Shown piece by piece: positions 24,805-34,006 of a stretch of 64,000 nt of DNA. This DNA is from a virus: the IMG/VR virus record IMGVR_UViG_3300044826_000112; one strand, 5' to 3'. The first letter of the stretch is position 1. Each line of letters opens with the position of its first letter. The notes beneath the pieces were generated by a model, which was not told the DNA's origin, searched no databases, and saw only the letters and a program-made list of their open reading frames with translations. A program made the position numbers and the translations under genes.

Positions 24805-25059
24805 ATGATCACCGGGGTAAGTCTCTTACTCCCATGGGGTGAACAGATCGACCTGCCAGCTCCCCATAGACATCACGATCTTCTTCACGAGTACTTCGTG
24901 AACAACGGGCAGAAAGTACCGCCAGGTACTGCCCAGGGTTTTCACGATGAGAAGTATCGCTTCTACACTCGGGAGAAGGCTCGGGAGTATGCCCTTAAGT
25001 GCGGGCAGGTCACCACTACGCAGCATTCTAAGAAGCTCTTCTCGGAGGACTTGTGGTAA
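24805..25059 (+). CDS. hypothetical phage protein
   Basis: P.RHH...QGF.....RF.TR..A...A...GQ.....LFSEDLW pattern. Confidence 0.7.
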   Translation: MITGVSLLLPWGEQIDLPAPHRHHDLLHEYFVNNGQKVPPGTAQGFHDEKYRFYTREKAREYALKCGQVTTTQHSKKLFSEDLW

Positions 25060-25418
25060 AGTGGTTCGTGCGGCTTGACCCGCCTGAGATGAGAGTACAG
25101 AACTACCCATGGGGAGTCTGGCTAAATGGATTCCGCGATAGTACCCATGAATCTAAGTGGCTTGCTGAGCAAAGGAGAGACGAGTTGAACAGACGTGAGA
25201 AGATGATCGCCAAGGCTGACCTGATTGTAGGTGCCACCTACAGAGGTCACTGCCGCAACGCCGAAAAGGCTATGTGGAACGGCAAGAAGTTCGAGTACAT
25301 CCGCCATAAGTTCTCCTTCGAGTACTTGGAGACTATCTGCCATCCGGATGATGATCAGGAGTTCGACGTGTTCTATCCGTACGAGCTCCTTGAGGAGGTC
25401 CCTATGCTTACCAACTGA
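25053..25418 (+). CDS. hypothetical phage protein
   Basis: Y.G.CRNA..A.W.G.KF.YIR.KF pattern. Confidence 0.7.
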   Translation: MVKWFVRLDPPEMRVQNYPWGVWLNGFRDSTHESKWLAEQRRDELNRREKMIAKADLIVGATYRGHCRNAEKAMWNGKKFEYIRHKFSFEYLETICHPDDDQEFDVFYPYELLEEVPMLTN

Positions 25419-25436
25419 TAACCATAGGAGACTAGC

Positions 25437-25685
25437 ATGTCTAGAACTACCCGTAGAACCAAAGGCTACCAAATCGCTGCTGAATACGATACTCGCAATA
25501 TGTTCCATCGGGACATTCAATGGAGCCGCTACCATGAGGGCACCAAGCGTTATATCAAGCAGCACGGAGTAAGAAGTACGTTCCGTCAGGAGTTGCACAA
25601 CGCTATTCGTGATGGTAGATTTGAGGACTTCTATCCTACTGCGGGATTGGCCCAATACCTCAAAGCGTGGAGCTGGGGGATTTAA
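25437..25685 (+). CDS. small basic MSRT-RR protein, paralog 1
   Basis: Shares RS.FRQEL..A.....EDFYP with 25736..26023. Confidence 0.7.
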   Translation: MSRTTRRTKGYQIAAEYDTRNMFHRDIQWSRYHEGTKRYIKQHGVRSTFRQELHNAIRDGRFEDFYPTAGLAQYLKAWSWGI

Positions 25686-25735
25686 CTAAGGAGGTGACAT
25701 ATGACTCTTCATTGACAACCATAGGAGAAAGTCAA

Positions 25736-26023
25736 ATGTCGAGAACATATCGTCGTAAAAGCGGACAGCAGTGCAGCCTGATCGGTGTTCCGGGATGGAT
25801 CGATGAGACCATCGAAGAGTACAACTCCCCGTGGCTCAAGAAGTTCCACTGGGATCGCAACAAGTATACGTGCCACAACAAGATCAAAGGCTATCTGCGT
25901 TGGACTGGTAACCGTAGCTCCTTCCGTCAGGAACTGCGTGAAGCCCTGAAGACCGAGCGTGTAGAGGATTTCTATCCGCACAAGTCCATGAACAAGTTCA
26001 AGCAGGCCAGCTGGGTCCTCTAA
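25736..26023 (+). CDS. small basic MSRT-RR protein, paralog 2
   Basis: AGGAG SD; same motif. Confidence 0.7.
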   Translation: MSRTYRRKSGQQCSLIGVPGWIDETIEEYNSPWLKKFHWDRNKYTCHNKIKGYLRWTGNRSSFRQELREALKTERVEDFYPHKSMNKFKQASWVL

Positions 26024-26069
26024 CCTAAGCCCTCTTCGGAGGGCTTTATCGTAACTAAAGGAGAAGGTA

Positions 26070-26744
26070 ATGGAACTTACACTTAGCTTTAACGGAATCA
26101 CCAAGACTCTGACTCCGATTGACGTCGATGGGCGTACTATGTACGACCTGAACGAGATCTGGCGTGAGTGGAATCTCTCCGTAACTGAACGCCCTGCCCA
26201 GTGGCGGAGCAAGGATCGGGCTGAGTTTTCCCGGACTGCAGATTTGCAGTCCAGAAGAAACGGACAACGAGAGCAAACTTTAGCTACCCAGCTGGCGGTC
26301 TATGCGTACGCCATGTGGGTATCTGTTGAGTTCTACCGTGCTGTAGTGGAGTGTTTCACGGCAGTCGCTAACGGACAACTGGAACAGGCTCAAGCTATCA
26401 CCGCCAGGGTCACCAAAGCAGAAGCATATGAAGTCCTCGAGACCAGTAAGCGTCCGCTTAACAAGATCCGCAGCTGGTTCGATCGTTTCGACGGCGACGT
26501 AGCTGAAGGTGTAACTGAGATCCTGGATGCCATCTCTGGCTGCCAGACCGTCACTCGTAGTCAACGCGAACGCTTCACCGCCTCTCTGACCGCTGCTGTT
26601 AATGAGTGGGAAGAAGGCCAAATCCATGGCGGTGTCCGTGGGGTTCGCCTCTCCGGCGTCATGCTGGAAGCTGAAACCGCCCGCTTGAACATCGTCAAGC
26701 GTGAACGCTACTGGGCCCGTCGGGCCGCCAGTGCTGCTAAGTAA
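26070..26744 (+). CDS. KilA-N domain DNA-binding protein
   Basis: MYDLNEIW...RPAQW...T.A......AYAMWVS.EF...V. Confidence 0.85.
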   Translation: MELTLSFNGITKTLTPIDVDGRTMYDLNEIWREWNLSVTERPAQWRSKDRAEFSRTADLQSRRNGQREQTLATQLAVYAYAMWVSVEFYRAVVECFTAVANGQLEQAQAITARVTKAEAYEVLETSKRPLNKIRSWFDRFDGDVAEGVTEILDAISGCQTVTRSQRERFTASLTAAVNEWEEGQIHGGVRGVRLSGVMLEAETARLNIVKRERYWARRAASAAK

Positions 26745-26812
26745 TAAGAGCCCTCTTCGGAGGGCTTTTCTATTGACATAAACTACAGTAGATAACTGTA
26801 GGAGTATGTGTA

Positions 26813-27118
26813 ATGGTAGACTTCCTCATTCTTTTAGCTATCGTTGTAGCTGTTCTGCTGACGATCATGAAGGTCTTCCCGTCGCACACCGGAGCATCCA
26901 GATACGCTCGCAACATCCTTATCGGGCTGGATCAGCTCATCAACGCCATTCTGTTCGGCGATCCTGATGAGACTCTATCTTCCCGTATCGGTAAGGCTGC
27001 CGAGCATGGGCACTGGTTTGCGATCATGATGAGCCGATTCCTCGACTTGTTCGAGAAGGATCACTGTAAGAAGAGTATGGAGTATGATGAGGGTAAACGG
27101 AACCTATTCAAGGACTGA
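26813..27118 (+). CDS. conserved phage membrane protein
   Basis: N-term TM, IGLDQL.NA.L.GDPDETLSSR.G. Confidence 0.75.
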   Translation: MVDFLILLAIVVAVLLTIMKVFPSHTGASRYARNILIGLDQLINAILFGDPDETLSSRIGKAAEHGHWFAIMMSRFLDLFEKDHCKKSMEYDEGKRNLFKD

Positions 27119-27313
27119 CATCGAAGAGGTGGCCAGAAGACTTGGATGGTGGGACGTCGACTACATCGACCGATTGCTTCAAGGACAGGCTTTTGATCCT
27201 GATGACATGCAGTTCGTTCTCAGAGAGCTAGAGAAAGTAAGACCAACAGGGGGCCATTAGGCCCTCTTTTTCTTGGTATAAGAAATACAGGAAGGTCTTA
27301 CTCAGGAGAAGTT

Positions 27314-27712
27314 ATGAAAGACGAATACCTTGATGTCATCAAGTACTTCAAGCAGGAGGAGAAGAACGAGGCACGCAAAGGTCTCTACGACGATGTCACC
27401 AACCACATTCTCCACGGGACTGATATAGAGACCTTGGCGTTCGACAAAACGTTGACTCCATCAGTCCGTAACCTGGCACAACAGATGATTCGCAGTGCAT
27501 CTTGCTTGGACATCAAGCCTCGAGAGGAGAATATAAACCGCCTCTGGTTGTCCACCATCAGAGGGTTAGTATACGACGACTACTACAACGCCTGTCGCAA
27601 GTTCATAGAGACTGGTGATGGGGAACTCTACATCGAAGAACATTGCCGATCATTCCGGCTGTTCTGGCATGCAACCATATTCTCCAACGTATGGAGGCCT
27701 AATGATAGGTGA
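27314..27712 (+). CDS. hypothetical protein
   Basis: After GGTATAAG, AGGAG SD. Confidence 0.7.
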   Translation: MKDEYLDVIKYFKQEEKNEARKGLYDDVTNHILHGTDIETLAFDKTLTPSVRNLAQQMIRSASCLDIKPREENINRLWLSTIRGLVYDDYYNACRKFIETGDGELYIEEHCRSFRLFWHATIFSNVWRPNDR

Positions 27713-27839
27713 TGACGAAAGTTGGGGCTCTAGCTCCTACCAAGAAGACGAAGATGGGTTCGAGATAGTCGATCCTGAAGAGACACGTCCGGAAGATTCC
27801 GGATTCATCCCACCTGAAGAATTGGAAGGTATTGCATGA
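27702..27839 (+). CDS. acidic microprotein (45 aa)
   Basis: GGAGG SD, ATGA coupling to next. Confidence 0.6.
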   Translation: MIGDDESWGSSSYQEDEDGFEIVDPEETRPEDSGFIPPEELEGIA

Positions 27840-27964
27840 ATTACGAAGAAGACGATCTCCCAGATGACGAAGAAGATGAGATTGACACTAGCCTGCCGTA
27901 CGACGAAGACGAGTACAGCGATGAAGACCAGTACGACGACGTTGTAAAGCTCATGGAAGGCTAG
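27836..27964 (+). CDS. very acidic microprotein (42 aa, not in ORF track)
   Basis: MNYEEDDLPDDEEDEIDTSLPYDEDEYSDEDQYDDVVKLMEG, followed by terminator. Confidence 0.6.
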   Translation: MNYEEDDLPDDEEDEIDTSLPYDEDEYSDEDQYDDVVKLMEG

Positions 27965-28031
27965 TCAGTATCTCGAAGAAAGCCTCTGGGCTTTCTTTTA
28001 GCTAATCTCAGTGTTACAATGCGAAGCAACT

Positions 28032-28117
28032 GGAAGAGTGGCAGAATGGTATTGCAGCACCCTGCTAAGGTGTAGGCCCGAAAGGGTCTGTGGGTTCGAA
28101 CCCCATCTCTTCCTCCA
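28032..28117 (+). tRNA. tRNA-Ser(GCT)
   Basis: Long variable arm, loop CTGCTAA, CCA. Confidence 0.92.
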
Positions 28118-28130
28118 ATTTAGAGGCCTT

Positions 28131-28301
28131 ATGGAATTCATCAACCCTACTGTAGAGATTGCGTACATCGATGCCCAGCTGGGCGTGTACCATCAGTACC
28201 TGACTGCCAGCGCCGGCAAGCCTGATCCTAAGGGCAAAATCGCTGAGGTCCAGGCTAAGGTAGACGAACTGAATCGTCGTAAGGCTGAACTTCAAGGTTA
28301 A
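28131..28301 (+). CDS. small coiled-coil protein between tRNAs
   Basis: GAGG SD, biased codon usage. Confidence 0.65.
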   Translation: MEFINPTVEIAYIDAQLGVYHQYLTASAGKPDPKGKIAEVQAKVDELNRRKAELQG

Positions 28302-28302
28302 A

Positions 28303-28386
28303 GCCGGTATGGTGGAATGGCATACACAGCGTACTTAAAATGCGTCGCCTTCGGGATTGTGGGTTCGAATCCCACTACCGGTACCA
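28303..28386 (+). tRNA. tRNA-Leu(TAA)
   Basis: Variable arm, loop CTTAAAA, CCA. Confidence 0.95.
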
Positions 28387-28403
28387 ATCATGGTATAAGT
28401 ATC

Positions 28404-28490
28404 ATGGAGTCGATTAAGGCTTAGTCTGACTCTTCTCAAGTGTATGAGTGTTTTCCCCGGGGTCCTCACGTTTCGAGGACCTTTCTTTTT
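28404..28490 (+). ncRNA. candidate small RNA (~85 nt)
   Basis: GGTATAAG promoter, 5' hairpin, terminator, only a 6-codon ORF. Confidence 0.45.
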
Positions 28491-28573
28491 GTCAACAAAT
28501 TGGGTAATACCGGTATAACTATGTTGTAGGGAACCTACACTTTCTTTTTCGTTAATCAAATGGAGTAAACATC

Positions 28574-29029
28574 ATGGCACTTTTCGGCCTGTTCCGTAAG
28601 AAAGCATCCAAGGCAGCTGTTGAAATGGCTGAGAACATGAAGAAGATGGAGAACCGCGATCTCCTGCAGGCGTTCGTCGGCGGCGGCCTGCTGATCGCTT
28701 CTGCCAACGATCAGAAGATCTCCCCGGATGAAGTCGCTACCTTGGAGAAGATGATCAACGCCTCTCCTGCCATGAGCCACTTCGGTTCCGAAATCTCCGC
28801 CACCATCGGCCGCGTCATGGCTCAGTTCGATGCCGGCTATGCCTACGGCAAGATGCAAGTCCTGCGTGAAATCGCCGACGTCAAGTCCTCTGAAGAAGAG
28901 AAGACTGAAGTCATCGTTGGCATGATCGTCATGGCTGCCAAAGAAGATGGCATCGACGATAAAGAGCTGGCAGTGATCGACGAGATCGCTCGCAGCCTGG
29001 GCGTTCAGTACAAGCAGTACCTGCCGTAA
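28574..29029 (+). CDS. terB: TerB family protein
   Basis: LLIASAND.KISPDE...I....M....F; MAA.EDGIDDKE..VI.EIA.SLG. Confidence 0.85.
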   Translation: MALFGLFRKKASKAAVEMAENMKKMENRDLLQAFVGGGLLIASANDQKISPDEVATLEKMINASPAMSHFGSEISATIGRVMAQFDAGYAYGKMQVLREIADVKSSEEEKTEVIVGMIVMAAKEDGIDDKELAVIDEIARSLGVQYKQYLP

Positions 29030-29092
29030 TCTTTACCTATCAGGTAGAGATTCTAAAAGGGGGCCAATGGCCCTCTTTTTAGTGGAGGATAT

Positions 29093-29353
29093 ATGTCCCC
29101 TGAAGTCATAACTCCTTGGGTTCTGTTTGTAGTAACCTTGCCTGGCCTAGTGGTGCTCATAATCCTGTTCATTGCGGCTTTTCGGGCTAATACTGTCCTA
29201 AAGAGAGTCATCACAATGCAGGAATATGAGATAGGTATGGTTCGCAAAGAACTCAATGAAGCCACTGCCTTGGCGGAAACTCGCCGAGTCATCCTGATTG
29301 AAAAAGACCGGAGATTGAAAGAATGCCCACATTGTTCTGGATCGCAATCGTAG
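29093..29353 (+). CDS. membrane-anchored hypothetical protein
   Basis: TM, coiled coil, C-terminal CPHC. Confidence 0.65.
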   Translation: MSPEVITPWVLFVVTLPGLVVLIILFIAAFRANTVLKRVITMQEYEIGMVRKELNEATALAETRRVILIEKDRRLKECPHCSGSQS

Positions 29354-29928
29354 CCCTGTTGGGTATCGCCTATCTAGTGCGTGTATACCGTATGGGCGAG
29401 CTGCAGAAGGAAATGAAGCAGATGGCTGCTATCAACAAGCAGCTTGAAGATCGCAACTACATGCTTGAGATGCAGGTGTCACACCTGAACCTCAGTATGA
29501 AAGACCAAAAGAGCACCCTGACCAAGCTCAAAGAGATGGTCGATAGACTGAGCCCTAAGCCGAAGGAGGAGAAACCTGTTGATAACCAAGGCTTTAAAGG
29601 CCCTAAGAGCAAAACTGCTCCAGTTACGCAAACGCCCACCCACCAAGCGACCAGTTCGTCACACCGGCAGGATCGGGTAGACAACAGCATCTACGTGGCA
29701 GACCCTATGTCTCCACTCAACCCGTTGAGCCCGATGTATCAGAACCAACCAACTATGCGGGACGATACCTCGGTGCACAGCAGTCATCGTCATGATGACA
29801 CTCCATCACACCGTTCTTCGGTGTGTTCCGATGATTCCTCAACAAGGAGCAGTGGATATGATTCCTCGCCAAGCTATGACTCCGGCAGCAGTTCTGATTC
29901 TGGCTCTTCTGGCGGCGGTTGCGATTAA
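29323..29928 (+). CDS. membrane-anchored protein with Ser/Asp low-complexity tail ending GGGCD
   Basis: ORF composition. Confidence 0.7.
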   Translation: MPTLFWIAIVALLGIAYLVRVYRMGELQKEMKQMAAINKQLEDRNYMLEMQVSHLNLSMKDQKSTLTKLKEMVDRLSPKPKEEKPVDNQGFKGPKSKTAPVTQTPTHQATSSSHRQDRVDNSIYVADPMSPLNPLSPMYQNQPTMRDDTSVHSSHRHDDTPSHRSSVCSDDSSTRSSGYDSSPSYDSGSSSDSGSSGGGCD

Positions 29929-30181
29929 CCCCGTAGTGCTGATGCTGTCCGTTCTCACGGATGCACTTTGCTCGGTGTTCGTCGTGTACGCCCTCTTTCA
30001 GCTCAATAAGAGCTGCAAAGAGACTCACTTCACCGGATACGTGGTTATCCTGTCCTTTCTGACCATGATGACCTTTGTGTCTACACCGTTCTATCTGATG
30101 TCTGCAATGCTCGATGGATTCATGGCGATTGCCATTCTGATCGCCCTGATCCCTATCCTGCAGGACATCCGCAAAGCTTAA
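29792..30181 (+). CDS. multi-TM membrane protein (start uncertain)
   Basis: Several hydrophobic segments, terminator after. Confidence 0.55.
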   Translation: MMTLHHTVLRCVPMIPQQGAVDMIPRQAMTPAAVLILALLAAVAINPVVLMLSVLTDALCSVFVVYALFQLNKSCKETHFTGYVVILSFLTMMTFVSTPFYLMSAMLDGFMAIAILIALIPILQDIRKA

Positions 30182-30221
30182 CCAAAGGCCCCTAGTGGGC
30201 CTTTATTTTTTAGGAGCATTT

Positions 30222-30899
30222 ATGGACTTCATTAAGAAGCATCCGCGGACCTACCACCATCCCCTCTCTCCCGGCAAGGGTGCGGATGACAAGACCGCCT
30301 ATAACGTTGACAGCGACTTCCATGGGTTGGAAGTGGTTGTGCTCGAGAAGATGGATGGCGAGAATACCAACATCTATCGGCACGCCTGGCACGCCCGCTC
30401 TCTGGATACTCCGACAACTTCCTGGCGAGAGCTCGTAGCACGTCGTCAGAGTGCGATAGGAGGCTTCCTGGAGCCACGGGAGTGCATCCACTGTGAGAAC
30501 GTATTGGCTCGCCACTCGATCGCTTACGATGCGTTACAGAGCGATCTGTATGCATTCAGAGTTCGCATGGGCGACTACATGTTGTCCTGGGATGATACTG
30601 TTGAGCGGATCAATGAGCTCAATGCAATGGTAATGGATTGGGAGATGCCCGAGTTCTTCATTGCCATCCCGAAGGTTCTCTACCGCGGCCCATATAGCCC
30701 TGATCTGGTGCATAAGATCCAGTTCAACCCGAACACCTCGGAGGGCTGGGTGATGAGTAACGCACATGCATTCCCTATCGGCATGTACTCGTGCAACGTC
30801 ATCAAGTACGTTCGTGAAGGGCATGTACAAACTGACGAACATTGGACCAATCAGGAGATAGTACGCAATGGAATCCAGTACCCAAGCATTCCCTCGTAA
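30222..30899 (+). CDS. ATP-dependent RNA ligase family protein
   Basis: KHPRTYH.P.SPG...DDK; motif I EKMDGEN; HARS; EG.V; KYVR.GHVQT..HW. Confidence 0.88.
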   Translation: MDFIKKHPRTYHHPLSPGKGADDKTAYNVDSDFHGLEVVVLEKMDGENTNIYRHAWHARSLDTPTTSWRELVARRQSAIGGFLEPRECIHCENVLARHSIAYDALQSDLYAFRVRMGDYMLSWDDTVERINELNAMVMDWEMPEFFIAIPKVLYRGPYSPDLVHKIQFNPNTSEGWVMSNAHAFPIGMYSCNVIKYVREGHVQTDEHWTNQEIVRNGIQYPSIPS

Positions 30900-31704
30900 G
30901 GTAATAGTCAACCCGTTGACCTCGCAGATCTTGAAGTCTCACAAAGAGACTTCCTTCGATAACTACTTCGACTGGCGGTATCGGACACAAGAGAAGGAAA
31001 AGCTTCTGGAGATTCGGGCCATAGAGTTCCCTAAGGATGAATCCTACTTCTTGGCCGGCCCAGTGTGGTTTCAGGGCAAGACTTACGGTATGGCGTACTT
31101 CCAACATCAGGAGGATTGTAAGCCTATCGCTCAGTTAGAAGCTGAAATGATTGAGGAGTACGAGCACATCCGTAGCCTAACGTATATGCCTCACGAGTAT
31201 AAGGAGCAGTTCTACAAGTATCTGGATCCGCATGCTGACCGGGCTAACAATTGTGCCACGGAGATGTTCTATGATCCAGTGACTAAGACCTTCTTGTCGG
31301 CGTTAGATCTTCGCTTCGACGGAGCCAGGGAGATTGATAGCAAGATTATCACTAGGGCCAAGAAGCACTCTAGAGCAGAGGCGAGGAAGAGTAAGAAGAT
31401 GGGAACCTTCTGTGGTGCCTTTTGGACTACTCAGATTGCCGAAGATCGAATCCGCGATTACATCGGCAAGAAGGCAGTAGAGGCAACTCTTGAAAAGCAA
31501 CGAGAGGTAGCTCTCCAGATCAACGAGGAGAACCGTAAGGTGGCGTTCTGTAAAGAGCGGCCATATCTGCTGTACCTCCTCGGTACGGATGATGCGTCTT
31601 ACACCAAGACCTTCGCGACCGAAGACGAGATGTACAAGTTTGCTGACCGCATCAAAGGGGCCAGCAGTGAGTTCGTAACCAGTCAGATGACTTTCACTAA
31701 CTAA
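30868..31704 (+). CDS. hypothetical protein
   Basis: 278-aa ORF with AGGAG SD. Confidence 0.7.
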   Translation: MESSTQAFPRKVIVNPLTSQILKSHKETSFDNYFDWRYRTQEKEKLLEIRAIEFPKDESYFLAGPVWFQGKTYGMAYFQHQEDCKPIAQLEAEMIEEYEHIRSLTYMPHEYKEQFYKYLDPHADRANNCATEMFYDPVTKTFLSALDLRFDGAREIDSKIITRAKKHSRAEARKSKKMGTFCGAFWTTQIAEDRIRDYIGKKAVEATLEKQREVALQINEENRKVAFCKERPYLLYLLGTDDASYTKTFATEDEMYKFADRIKGASSEFVTSQMTFTN

Positions 31705-31713
31705 GGATCAGTT

Positions 31714-32328
31714 ATGAAATACGAAGTGCACGTAACCGTAGATGCAGAAGGAATCTCCATCGAGGATTTCCGAGAGGCCTGCTGGAGACTCAAAGTCAAA
31801 CCTATCGAGATCATCCTCAAGGAAGGGACTGAGATGAAGGACTTGATGACCTCAGGGACTCGGGATTTCGACGATGACAAGAAAGCCTTCGATTGGGCCA
31901 AGGAACAAGAGGAGTTCCTCAATGCTAACGGATTCAAAGTCCTGCGGGTCAAGATCGAAACCCAACCGGAACATCCGCTGGCCCCGAAGACTCGCAAGGA
32001 TGAGATGCCGGAGGGCAGCTACTTCGAGACACACATCCAGATGACGCTGGTACGTCCGGAGTTCATGGACATCCTCGAGGAGTTCATCCGTCGCAACAAG
32101 GTGCACCTGAGCCGCAATGCCTTCAAGCAACAGAAGGATGGCAAGATGGTGTACATGCTGACCTACCGTAGCACCGACTGCTATGGCAAGTTCTACAGCA
32201 CCAAGTCGAAGTTCATTCTGGATTTCCTGGAGCACTTCGAAGATGTAGCGGTACTGCGGCCGGCCAACGTCGAGTTCATTCTGTTTGACTCCAAGCAGTC
32301 TCATGATGACCGTTGGCTCCAGGTATAA
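31714..32328 (+). CDS. hypothetical protein with internally repeated (Y/F)E.H(V/I) motif
   Basis: YEVHV / YFETHI, RVKIE, HLSRN. Confidence 0.7.
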   Translation: MKYEVHVTVDAEGISIEDFREACWRLKVKPIEIILKEGTEMKDLMTSGTRDFDDDKKAFDWAKEQEEFLNANGFKVLRVKIETQPEHPLAPKTRKDEMPEGSYFETHIQMTLVRPEFMDILEEFIRRNKVHLSRNAFKQQKDGKMVYMLTYRSTDCYGKFYSTKSKFILDFLEHFEDVAVLRPANVEFILFDSKQSHDDRWLQV

Positions 32329-32367
32329 GTACTTTGGAGTCAATAAACCAACAACAAGGATAACCTT

Positions 32368-32703
32368 ATGTCTATTGGGACAACCCCTATTCATATGGAA
32401 GACATCGAGCTTTCTAACGCCATAATCCTCCTGGCGACCTATTCGCTGTATGGGCTACCGCATGATCAGTTCACGGACTTCATCACCACCCCGTACGAGG
32501 ATCTGGCAACACAGCGTCACTTGGTGGCCAACCTGATCACCGAGTTTCACTTAACTCAGCTGTTCTCCGATGGCAAACTGAAGACGGATCCCAAGGACTT
32601 TGGTCGTTACGTCCTAGAATCAGCCTATCTGACCATCCGTGAGAAAATGCAAACAAGCAAACTCAAGGAGGTCATATGCCCATCTTCTCAGGGATCCTCT
32701 TGA
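32368..32703 (+). CDS. hypothetical protein
   Basis: After GGTATAAG, AAGGA SD. Confidence 0.65.
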   Translation: MSIGTTPIHMEDIELSNAIILLATYSLYGLPHDQFTDFITTPYEDLATQRHLVANLITEFHLTQLFSDGKLKTDPKDFGRYVLESAYLTIREKMQTSKLKEVICPSSQGSS

Positions 32704-32757
32704 TAGGTCTGATTATCGTGTTGGTCAAATTCACAGGATACGCATGGAGAACAAGGA

Positions 32758-33315
32758 ATGACGATAAACATAAGCATTGGTGAGCGGAAGTTCGAGTACA
32801 AGACTGACTTCCTGCTGAGCGGCGAGGGTTCGGAGTCCCTCAAGGCTAAACTGAATCTTCGTCGTGAAGGTCGCGGTGAAGGAATCTGGATGTTCATTCA
32901 CCCGGAAGACAAGGAGGCGTATGAAAAAGATACTCGTGATGGGGACTTTGTCCGTCTGGGTATCTTGATCAACGCAGCCTTATGCGGGATGCCCTGGGGC
33001 TCCTATGTGCCGTACAAGTTGAACGGTGATGAGCGTCCGTCGGCCATCTTCGAGAAGGTGATCGACGTCAACCAAGATCCGCAGTTCCACCCGGAAATGT
33101 GGCGTCGCATCCTCGAAGGTGCTCCATCTCAACTGATCGAAGCCTTCAACCACTGCATGGACAGCAACCGTCCAGACTATGGTAAAGACTGGATCGAATG
33201 GGCTCAAAGCATACACGATGACGAGAAGTCTCAATCTCACCCTGAACTCATGGCCAAAATCAAGGAGACCATTGACCAATGTTCCACCGCCTTAAACGTG
33301 CAGCAGAAGGTATAA
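32758..33315 (+). CDS. hypothetical protein
   Basis: GGAG SD, ORF. Confidence 0.7.
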   Translation: MTINISIGERKFEYKTDFLLSGEGSESLKAKLNLRREGRGEGIWMFIHPEDKEAYEKDTRDGDFVRLGILINAALCGMPWGSYVPYKLNGDERPSAIFEKVIDVNQDPQFHPEMWRRILEGAPSQLIEAFNHCMDSNRPDYGKDWIEWAQSIHDDEKSQSHPELMAKIKETIDQCSTALNVQQKV

Positions 33316-33513
33316 CCTTCCGGGCTGAAGCGGAGAAGATCCGCATACAGATCACGAATGCAAGTCTGTCAGACTCTCAGAAGCGGGAACTTAACCGCAT
33401 TCTGGACGAGAAACTGGCACGCTGCACTCGTTGAAAACAAGGGGGTTATCCCCCTTGTTTTTTACCCACAGATGCCCTAATATGGAGACTTCGGAAATCA
33501 AGGAGATAACATT

Positions 33514-33645
33514 ATGTGGGAAGTATTCCAACATTATCTGCAAGAAGCTCTTTGTTGGTGCGGATTCCATAACTGGTCCAACACCGATTCTTTCCACCAG
33601 GTCTGTACGCACTGTGGCGAGATCAGAGAGAAACCGCTGGAGTGA
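33514..33645 (+). CDS. small Cys/His (zinc-ribbon-like) protein, not in ORF track
   Basis: AAGGAG SD; CWCGFHNW...CTHCG. Confidence 0.6.
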   Translation: MWEVFQHYLQEALCWCGFHNWSNTDSFHQVCTHCGEIREKPLE

Positions 33646-33711
33646 GTGAAAGGTTAAGCTGCCGGATTGCAAACTCGGATTTTGTGGGTTCGAATCCCAC
33701 CTCCAGCTCCA
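33636..33711 (+). tRNA. tRNA-Cys(GCA)
   Basis: Cloverleaf, loop TTGCAAA, U73, CCA. Confidence 0.88.
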
Positions 33712-33720
33712 AAGAAAACT

Positions 33721-33797
33721 GTTCCCTTAGCTCAATTGGACAGAGTACCGGGCTACGAACTCGGGGGTTATAGGTTCGACTCCTATAGGGAACGCCA
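33721..33797 (+). tRNA. tRNA-Arg(ACG)
   Basis: Cloverleaf, loop CTACGAA, CCA. Confidence 0.95.
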
Positions 33798-34006
33798 ATT
33801 TAAGAGGCCGTCATGAAGAACGTAATGTTGTATCTTCTAGGCGGAACCGCAATGATTATCGCAATAGACATCATCTTCCGCCTGTAGGGCCCGTGACTAA
33901 CCTCTCGGGCCTTTCTCATTTCTGCATACCCACTCTGGTATAAGAACTATGGAGTCTGAAAAGGTCCAAAACTAAAAAAATACATACCAGTACAAGGATA
34001 ACGGAA

